From the NCBI RefSeq assembly GCF_009914755.1, contig NC_060928.1: 64,000 bases of DNA; one strand, 5' to 3'. Made by a program: the position numbers and the translations under genes. This document shows positions 53,855-64,000 of the stretch, piece after piece; the first letter of the stretch is position 1, and every line of letters starts with the position of its first letter. The notes under the pieces were generated by a model. The model did no database searches. It was given only the letters and a program-made list of their open reading frames with translations, and was not told the origin of the DNA. Source of the stretch: the human T2T-CHM13v2.0 reference genome, Homo sapiens.

Positions 53855-54504
53855 TGGCAGTTGTTTTTGATCTGAACTTAGGTCAAGAGAAGCTTGATTT
53901 AAAAGGACAATTGGCGATGGGGGGATGGGAATATTGCAATAGGGTAAAGGAGACTTGCAATAGGAGGACTCTGACCACAAAATCTGAGTCACAGGGGTAG
54001 GGAAGAAAGGAATTTTCTTTTATCGAGAGGACTAAATAAGGCTAGAGAGAATCAGGGATGAGGGAGTGTGGTGAGCAGGTGATATGACTGGACCGTTCAT
54101 AGGGGAACTTCTTTATTTGGGACTGATTCTTGGGACATATGGCTTAGAAGAGTCATTCCACATTCTGATGATGGCTCAGGCATAGGGTAGGTTGAAGCTC
54201 AGGATTCTGAGGAGAGGTCAGAAGCTTAACTAAAGTTGTGTCTAGTCTAGTTAGCAGGCATTTTGCCCAGAGTGGCCATTGGGTATACATCACTCAGCTA
54301 ATCAAACATGAGACAAGAAAGGGAATGTGGAACGTCTGTGTCTAGTTTGTCACAGGTGAACAAGAAAAGCAATCGTGATTCTTATCTAAGTCATGTGGGG
54401 AAGGGTATTTCTTTGAAGTAAGCCAATTTTTTTGGAACACAAGAGTGAGGGATTTCTTTAACCTTTGATGTTTTTCAGAACAGAGATCAAGACTAACATT
54501 GCCA
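53855..54504 (-). mobile_element. MER67C-like (ERV1) solo LTR
   Basis: Minus strand TGGCAATGTTAG...CCCTTCCCCACATGACTTAGATAAGA...ACTTTAGTTAAGCTTCT. Confidence 0.7.
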
Positions 54505-54525
54505 GAAGTGAACTAAGCAATGTCA

Positions 54526-54987
<462 letters not shown>

Positions 54988-55029
54988 TCATTTTTGTAGC
55001 CATGCTTGATAGAGGGATCCTAAAACTGC

Positions 55030-57080
55030 TGTGTTATTTGTGGGCTCATAATGTGGCTAATAAAGAAACAAACCATCAAAACTTGAGTAGTAATTATGAA
55101 CAAAACACAAAAAACTTTAAAATAGAAAAAGTTTGAAGGAAAGCATATTGAATAAAATGTTGCTAGAAGCAGGTGCTTCATATTTTTCCTATGAACAATA
55201 GTGCTTTGCAGGATTCTAACAAACTAGCACTTAGCTAAGACTACAAATATACAATTGCCATGATATTACTTTTGCTTGGAAATGTTGGGTGAGTTTGTAG
55301 CAGAGAAGGTAGTGAAAATACCACTTTCCACTGATGCCATAATGACATGTTCCAGAACAGACTAATGATAAGAAGGATCATCTCAGAGCACAGAGTTATA
55401 GTATGTTTTTCATTGCAACTTGCAAATGCCCAGATGTGGCTAACATGACAATTTATAAAATACATATATATGATTTGAACATAGTAGCTATGGAAAGGAA
55501 GAATATGTTCTTCAGCTTCATTGCTGGAAAACACAACCCTGAAACATAAAAGTATAAAGGATTACATAGTTTTTAAAATGTGGTTTACAGCTTAAGATTT
55601 TTTTGAATATGTTTTGAGGACATGGCTGTGATATCAGAAAACCTTCTGAAGTTCTTATGTAGATTAAGGAGGGACCTGGTGCCAGAATGTAAATCAACAC
55701 ACTGCTTCTTTCAGGGAGAGAGATTTGCTGTGGAAAAAAAAAAAAGTGCCTAGTAACTTAGTAACATTTGTTAATTATAGAAAGGCTAAAATGTTAAAGT
55801 TGAGACTATTACTATGTGGTAAAATGGAAAGCTGATCATAAATAACAATTAATGCTGGTTTAGGAATCAAATATTCTGTTCCAAATGTTCAATTACTGAA
55901 TAAACATTTAGTATTTCTACAAAATAAAAAAAATCATTTAGTCCCAACTTTTACAAACTGTAAGTTGGACAACTAGTCTTCATATTAAATATATTCAGCA
56001 TTTATAATTTTTTAAATTTTTCCTTGCAAAGAAGAATACAACACAGCTTTCAATGGCAGATAAACTGAAGAGTGGATACAAGAGTTAAATGTCTGGAAGG
56101 ATCATCTCTACCGATTCCTTAACATGTTTCATAATTTAATAATTATAAGTTAAGTAGAGAATGCTGATATTACATATATGTGAAAAGTCATTGATATGGT
56201 TTGGATTTGTAATCCACTGTTGGAGGAGGAGCCTAGTGGGAGGTGATTAGATCATGGGGCTGGATCTTCCCTTTGCTGTTCCCGTGATAGTGAGTGAGTT
56301 CTCACGAGAACTAGGGTAGTTGTTCAAAAGTGTGTAGCATCTCCACCTTCACTCTCTTTCTTCTGCTCTGGCCATGTAAGAAGTGCCTGCTTGCCCTTCA
56401 CCTTCTGCCACAATTGCAAGTTTCCTTGAGCCTCCCTGGCCATGCTTCCTGTACAGCCTGTGAAACCATGAGCCAGTTAAAGCATTTTTTCTTTATAAAT
56501 TACTCAGTCTCAGGTATTTCTGTATAACAGCGTGAGAACAGACTAATAGACTTATCATTGAACAACTTAAGAATTTTATAGAGACATTCGATTTGAATTT
56601 TCCAAAAGAATAAGATACACATATGGAAAATCTTTGAATCAGGAATTGTTCTCTTTGATTATAAGATAGTTTAAAGTTAATTATAATTTTATAGGATATG
56701 TTATTGAAATTGCTTACTGATAGTGATTGAAGATGAATTTTGAAAATCAAAATAATTTGCTTTCTTCTGGATAAAAGTTAAAAATAAATACTCTGAGATG
56801 GACTGAAATCACTTTAAATTTCACCTTCCATTCAATTCAACAAACCTGTATGAGACTGGCTTCTCCACCCATGTTATTAAAACAAAATATAAATATCATT
56901 TAGACATACATTAACTCAGGCAAATAATGCTATCGTCAATCTCACATAGATCAGATAAGCTAACAAGCATGAAGCAAGCTCATTTATCACATTAAATACT
57001 TTAAGTATTGATATGTATGGTATTCATCAAAGTGGCTGTAAAGGAATTTAACATGGAGAGTCACCATTTCATTTATAACT
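55030..57080 (+). mobile_element. Charlie1-like hAT transposon remnant (decayed transposase), split by an MSTA LTR
   Basis: TTTTCATTGCAACTTG...GATGTGGCTAACATG (FSLQL...DVANM-like) and AAGCAAGCTCATTTATCACATTAA end motif; boundaries approximate. Confidence 0.7.
56192..56550 (+). mobile_element. MSTA/THE1D-like solo LTR
   Basis: TGATATGGTTTGGAT...CCATGCTTCCTGTACAGCCTG...GACTAATAGA. Confidence 0.85.
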
Positions 57081-57781
57081 TGTCATTCATGTGTACTTTG
57101 ACACAATAGAAAGGTAGGGTGTATTAGTGATTCTTTATATTACCACTTTTGAACAGTCAATGAACATGTGAAGATGTGTTAATTCTTTTTGCTTATGTCA
57201 GTGGAATCTGGTCTTTTTTTCATATGCCTATTTTACTCTTATATTGTTTATTAAGTTACTGTTATATTTTGCAAAGCTCTCTAACCATGACACATTATTA
57301 ATTTAAATATATTAAAAGTGATATTTTGTTAAATGTAGTTTGAATGAATGTAGTATCAATGAATATTCAGAACATTGATATTCTGTCCTAATTCTGGACT
57401 CTCCCCTTTTACCTCTATTTCCCATCAACTTCTCTGTATTCAAAGCCAATATCTACTGTTGCAACCTGGGCCACTAGCCTCCTTCAGTGAACTAAAACTT
57501 ATCTCCAACTTAAACTCAGCTCTGACAGCTTGCACATTCTCTTTGTAATGTTTAAATACGACATGGTTTTGCCTGATTCTTTTTTTTTTTCAGACACTAA
57601 CATCAAAAGGTAGGTATGTAGCTGCAGGTTTAAAAGTGACAAGGATTGTCTCTGAATACAAGTTTCATAAAATGTACCTAAAAATGTATACTATGTGTTT
57701 TTGTGTGCTTTGAACATATTTTTAAACTTTTAAAATATAAAAATGACAATTACCCAAAAATATTCATTCTCTATATGCCAG

Positions 57782-57787
<6 letters not shown>

Positions 57788-57831
<44 letters not shown>
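57788..57831. repeat. (AT)22 microsatellite
   Basis: Direct. Confidence 0.95.
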
Positions 57832-57834
<3 letters not shown>

Positions 57835-57993
57835 CAGTGTACTCAAACAGAATAAGAATACAGTCAAGAAAGATAAGTAAATGTTAAAGCTATTACAAAT
57901 AAATAATTTTGATGATACAAAGAATTATAAGATGTTTTATAATGAACTGTGTTTTTATAATACTGTAAGTATTATAAGCATATAATACCCAAC

Positions 57994-58447
57994 TACAATA
58001 GGCTGAATAATGTGCCCCCCCCACAAAGATGTCCATATTCGAATACCAAAACCTATGAAATATTGCCTTATATGACAAAGTGAACTTCGTTGTTGCAATT
58101 AAGAATCTTGAGATAAGGCAATTATAATGCATTATCTTGTTGGATTCTATATAATCAAATGGATCCTTATAAGAGGAGATCAGAGTTACCAGTAGGAGAT
58201 GTGAACATGGAAACAAGAAGTTGAAATGATGCGAGAAAGAAGCCATGGGCCAAGGACTGCAGGTGGTGTCTAGAAACTGGAAAAGGCATGGAAGCAGATT
58301 GTCCCCTAGGTCTTCCAGCAGTAAACCATCCTGCAGACACCGGTATTAGCCCATTGGAACTAATTTTGGACTTCTAACCTCCAGAACTGTGAGATAATAA
58401 ATATGTACTGTTTTAAGCTACTGTGTGATAAATAGGAAATGAATACA
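57994..58447 (+). mobile_element. MLT1C/D-like solo LTR
   Basis: GGCTGAATAATG...AAAGATGTCCA; CCTCCAGAACTGTGAGATAATAAAT; GGAAATGAATACA end. Confidence 0.82.
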
Positions 58448-58610
58448 GTGACCTAATATTTTTTGGTGAGAGATTTTTCCATAGTAAATAATATTTAATC
58501 TGAAGCACAAAGAAAAAGCAAAAACTAGTCAGGTAAAGAGAAACAGAAATTTCTGGGTAGGAAGAATATTGCATATATAAAGAATTTGGGGCAAGAAATA
58601 GCATGGTGAC

Positions 58611-59091
58611 TGTATTAGTTTCCTATTGCTTCTGTAACAAATTCCGCACACTCAGTGACTTGAAACAATGCAAATTTATTATGTGACAGTGCTGGAACTC
58701 AAAAGTTTCAAGTCAGTATCACTAGACTAAAATCAAGGTGTTAACAGGGCTGTGTTTTTTTTCAAGACTCCAGAGAAAAATTCATCTGTTTGAACTTTGC
58801 AGCCTCTAGAGGTTGTCCATATTTCTTGGCTTGTGGTCTTTTTGTAACCAGCAATCACATCACCCCAACCTCTCTTTTTCTGACTCTTCTGCCTTCCTTT
58901 TTCACTCATAAGGACCCTTGTGATTATATTGAACCTCCAGGGATAATCCAGGATTATCTCCCTATCTGAAGATTCTTAATTTAATCACATCTTTAAAGTC
59001 CCTTTTGCCATGTAAGATAACATATTCAAAGTTTCTGGGATTAGGATGTGGACATGTGGGTGGTGGTGGTGGTGATATTATAATTATCACA
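58611..59091 (-). mobile_element. MLT1C/D-like solo LTR
   Basis: TGTATTAGTTTCCTATTGCT...; TSD GTGAC (58606-58610) / GTGAT (59092-59096). Confidence 0.82.
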
Positions 59092-59922
59092 GTGATTTTC
59101 AGAAATGGAAATGGCTACAATGTCAAGAGAAGAGAGAATGAGACTAGCAGCAAGAGACAGCCTTAAAAGATAAGTGACTATGAAAGGCCTCATACACCAT
59201 GTTAAAAGTTTCAAGTGCTATCCCAAATGAAATTATTTTATTCTACCCTGGAATACCTGGAATCTTTCCTAGGGATTTATTGATTTTCTTTTAAAGCAGA
59301 AAGGTAATTTTGACTTCCATGTGAGGAACTGATGAGATATAATTAAATAGATAAATTCAGAGGTTAGGAGAGATGGTTGGACAATGTTGTATAATAAAGA
59401 TGAAAATAAGTAGACCAATTAAAGAAACTTTCCAGAGGAAAAGTTGGAAAGAAATGGTCAATGATTGGAATGATAGCTCATCAAGTGAGCTTGGGCATCA
59501 TCGTTTCTATAAACCCTGACATGCATACATGGAGGCCTAAACTAAGAGAGAAGAAACTGGATAAGGGGCAAAAAATATTGGGTTTAATTATAGACCTACT
59601 GTGTTTTGCTACCACAGATACATTCAATTGAAGATTATTGTTTCCACAGTTCAGGAATACAGATATGAAGGCTGGACAGAGGATGATATATTTGTGATTC
59701 ACAGACATAAACACATCATAATTCAAACCAATGGAGCGGAGGTATTGTTCAGCAAAACAATGTTGATTGAGAAAAGAAAAGGCTGAGCAATTTCCACATT
59801 TAATGAAGTAAGACAAAACAGACCAAAGGTGACAAAGTACTGTCTTAGAGCTAGAAAAATGCTTGGAGGTTGAATTGTCATGAGAACCAAGAGATGAGAG
59901 TGTTTTGAAAATAAGATTTCTT

Positions 59923-62900
59923 ATTATTTTGAGATATTTTCGTTTGATTCCTATTTATTGACAGTTACTTATCATGAAAGGATGTTGGATTTTACCAAAA
60001 GCTTTTTTTCTGTGTCTATTGAGATGATCATATTGTTTTGGTTTTTAATTGTATATACATGGCGAATCACAGTTATTGGTTTGCATGTGTTGAATAAACC
60101 ATGCATCCCTGGAATGATGCCTACTTGATTATGATGAATTAACTTTTTGATGTGCTGCTGGATTTGGTTTGCTGGTATTTTATTGAGCATTTAGGCATCT
60201 ATGTGCATGAGAGTTATTGGCCTGTAGTTTTTGTTCTTGTTGTGTCTTTGCGAGATTTTGGCTGCAGGATGACATTGGCTTCATAGAATGAGTTAGGGAG
60301 AAGTCCCTCTTACTCTATTTTATGGACTACTTTCAGTAGGATTTACTACCAGTTCTTGTTAAGTGTGGTAGAATTTGGTGGTAAATACATCTGGTCCATG
60401 GATTCTATTGGTTGGTAGGTTATTTTATTGCTGATTCAATTTCAGAACTCATTATTGGTCTGTTGAGGGTTTCAATTTCTTCCTGGTTCAATTTTAGGAG
60501 GTTGTGTGTTTCCAGGAATTTATCCATTTCCTCCACAACCAACATCATACTGAATGGGCAAAAGATGGAAGCATTCCCTTGAGAACTGGAACAAGAGAAG
60601 GATGCCCACTCTCACAACTCCTATTCAACATAGTACTATAAGTCCTAGTGAAGCAATTAGGCAAGAGAAAAAAATAAAAGGCATCCAAATAGGAAAAAAT
60701 CAAACTATCTCTCTGTGCCAACAATATGTTTCTATTCCTAGAAAACTTTAAAGACTTCGCCAAAGACTCCCCGAACTGATAAATCAATTCAGTAAAATTT
60801 AAAGATACAAAATCAAAGTACAAAAATCAGTAGCATTTCTATACACCAATAATATTCAAGCTAAGAGACAAATCAAGAATGCAATCTCATTTACAATAGT
60901 CAGAAAAAGAATAAAATACCTAGGAATACACATAACCAGGGAAGTGAAAGATCTCTACATGGAGAACTGTAAAACATTGCTGAATAATAATAGGTGACAC
61001 AAAGAAATGGAAAAACATTCCATGCTCACAGATTGGAAGAATCAATATTGTTAAAATGGCCATACTGCCCAAAGTGATTTACAGACTCAGTGCTATTTCT
61101 ATCAAACTACCAATGTAGTTCTTCACAGAATTGAAAAGAAAAAAAAAACTATTAATTATAAAATTTATATGGAACCAAAAGCAACCCTAATGCTCAAAGC
61201 AATCCTAAGCAAGGAAAAAAAAAAAAAAAAGGTGGAGGCATCACATTGCTTGACTTCAAACTATACTACAAGGCTACACTAAGCAAAACAGCAACACTGG
61301 TATAAAAACAGACATACAGACCAAGGAAACAGAATAGAGAACCCAGAAATACAGGCCTACACCTACAACCATCTGGTCTTCAACAAAGTCGACAAAAATA
61401 AGCAATGCAAAAAGGACTCCCTTTTAGCTGGGATTACTGGCTATCCATATGCAAAACAATGAGACTAGACCCATGCCTATCACCATATATAAAAATTAAC
61501 TGAAGATGGGTTAAAGACTTAAATATAAGACCTCAAACTATAAAACCCTAGAAGGCAATCTAGGAAATAACCATTTGGACATCGACCTTGGCAAAGAATT
61601 TATGGCTAAGTCCTTAAAAGCAATTGCAACAAAAACTAAAATTGACAAGTGGGACTTAATTAAACTAAAGCGCTTCTGTGATAGACTGTCAATGGAATAA
61701 ACAGACAATCTACAGAATGGGAGAAAATATTTGCAAACTTTGCATCCGTCTGACAAAGGTCTAATATCTAGAGTCTATAAAGAACTTAAACAAATCAAGC
61801 AGTAAAAAACAACCCTATTAAAAAATGGGCAAATGATATATCTTCTTCTCAAAAGAACACATACAAGTGGCCAACAGGCATATGAAAAAATTCTCAACAA
61901 CACTAATTCTCAGAGAAATGCAAATAAAAACCACAGTGAGATACCATCTCATGCCAGTCAGAATGGCTATTATTAAAAAGTCAAAAAATTACAGATGTTG
62001 GCAGGGCTGCAGCGTAAAGGGAATGCTCATACACTGCTGGTAGGAATGCAAGTTAGTTCAGCCACTGTGGAGACCAGTTTGGAGATTTCTCAAATAACTT
62101 AAAACTACCAGCCGGGCGTGGTGGCTCATGCATGTAATCCCAGCACTGTGGGAGGCCAAGGTGGGCAGATCACGGGGTTGGGAGTTCAAGACCAGCCTGA
62201 CCAACATGGTGAAACCCTGTCTCTACTAAAAATACAAAAATTAGCCAGGCTTGATGGTGCATACCTGTAATCCCAGCTACTCAGGAGGCTGAGGCAGGAT
62301 AATCACTTGAACTCAGAAGGTGGAGGTTGCAGTGAGCTGAGATTGCACCAGTGCACTCCAGCCAGGGCGACAGAGCAGGGCTCCGTCACAAAAACAACAA
62401 CAACAACAACAATAAAACTGCCACTTGATCCAGCAATCCCATCACTGGGTATATACCCAAAGGAAAATAAATCAATGTACCAAAATGACATAGGAACTTA
62501 TATGTTCATTGCAGTACTATTTGCCTTAGCAAAGACATGGAACTAACCCCGTTTCCTATCAAGGGTGCATTGGATAAAGAAAATGTGGTACATATACACT
62601 GTGGAAACCATGCATCCATTAAAAAAACCCCAAAATCATGTCTTTTCTAGCAACATGGATGTATTTGGAGGCCATCATCCTAAGCGAACTAATGCAGAAA
62701 CAGGAAATCAAATACTGCATGTTCTCACTTACAAGTGGGAGCTAAATATTGGCTATATATGGTCATAAACATGGGAACAGTAGACACTGGGGAATACAAG
62801 AGATGAGAGGGAAGCAAGGGTTGAAAAACTACCTATTGGGTACTATGCTCACTTCCTAGGTCACAGGTTCAATCATACTCCAAATCCCAGCATTACACAA

Positions 62901-62964
62901 TATACTTTTATAACAAATCTGCACATGTGCCCTTAGAAACTAAAAGTTGAAAAAGAAGAAAAAA
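59923..62964 (+). mobile_element. L1PA15/16-like element with 5' inversion (59923-~60533 antisense; ~60533-62964 sense)
   Basis: ORF2 remnants on opposite strands (ORFs 59972..60190 minus, 60554..60751 plus) that are nearly contiguous in ORF2; TSD AAAATAAGATTTCTT (59908-59922) / AAAATGAGATTTTTT (62965-62979). Confidence 0.88.
62111..62412 (+). mobile_element. AluSg-like SINE with (CAA)n tail, inside the L1
   Basis: Full dimer; TSD TAAAACTACCA / TAAAACTGCCA. Confidence 0.9.
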
Positions 62965-63654
62965 AAAATGAGATTTTTTTTCAACTGTGACAAAAGTTGC
63001 TAAGAGTTTTATGAATGAAACTTTTATGAAGTTACCGTGTGCTTCTCATTTTAATTTTGTCTCAGCTTTTACAAAATTTGATTGATCTTGTGTTTACCCT
63101 TGTTGGGATTTTAATTTCCTTCCCATGTTTATTCTATTCATTTTTTCAATATATCATGATTTATTCTTGTTGTTCTTCTGATGTTAATCTTAAACAAAAA
63201 CTGATCCCCTTATAATTACTTTTAAAAATCCACTTCTCCATTTCAGTTTTTTTAATGTAAAACTTATGAACTTTTAATGATTTTTATGATATGCGATCAC
63301 AAGTCAATATATAGAGCTCCTTTTCCATGTAAAAGAGACCGTTGGCTTTCTTCCCATTGTCTAACACTAAAGCAAACCACACCTTCTATTTTTTCTAGTG
63401 GGAAAGGATCTCCCCATCTTTTTAATGATGACTTTTAAAAACAAAACAAAATAATCACCATCACAACAAAACAACCAATCTTATCCATGATATTAAAAAT
63501 AATGGGTTAATTACTAGCTGAGCTAAAATTCTTTCTTGGCCGATTAAATATTTGACATACTGAAATTATTTTTTCTAGATATTCACAACATGTATTGGTG
63601 TAAATAAAGTTTTTTTTTAGTCATTGTTTCGACACATTAAAGAACTGAATTTAA

Positions 63655-64000
<346 letters not shown>

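Overview
Primate genomic DNA, most likely hominoid (human/ape), judged from AluY, L1PA2/3-type, LTR12/ERV9 and THE1 elements. It is AT-rich and CpG-poor, with no CpG island and no recognisable host protein-coding gene, RNA gene or CRISPR array, so it reads as intergenic or deep-intronic. Most of the window is transposon-derived: a complete HERV-L provirus (11433-18180, 5-bp TSD), a deleted MER51 provirus carrying a young L1, many solo LTRs, L1s of several ages, about 12 Alus, and DNA-transposon fossils. The supplied ORFs are retroelement remnants or spurious. Best leads: (1) a MER61 LTR with a perfect p53 response element lying back-to-back, 16 bp from an LTR12 with seven CCAAT boxes and a weakened poly(A) signal, plus a candidate downstream exon, i.e. 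a possible composite bidirectional p53/NF-Y promoter; (2) a cluster of hairpin-forming, self-templated insertions inside HERV-L pol; (3) a twin-primed (5'-inverted) Alu. Repeat subfamily names and comparisons to consensus come from memory and need Dfam/RepeatMasker confirmation. The locus itself could not be identified.
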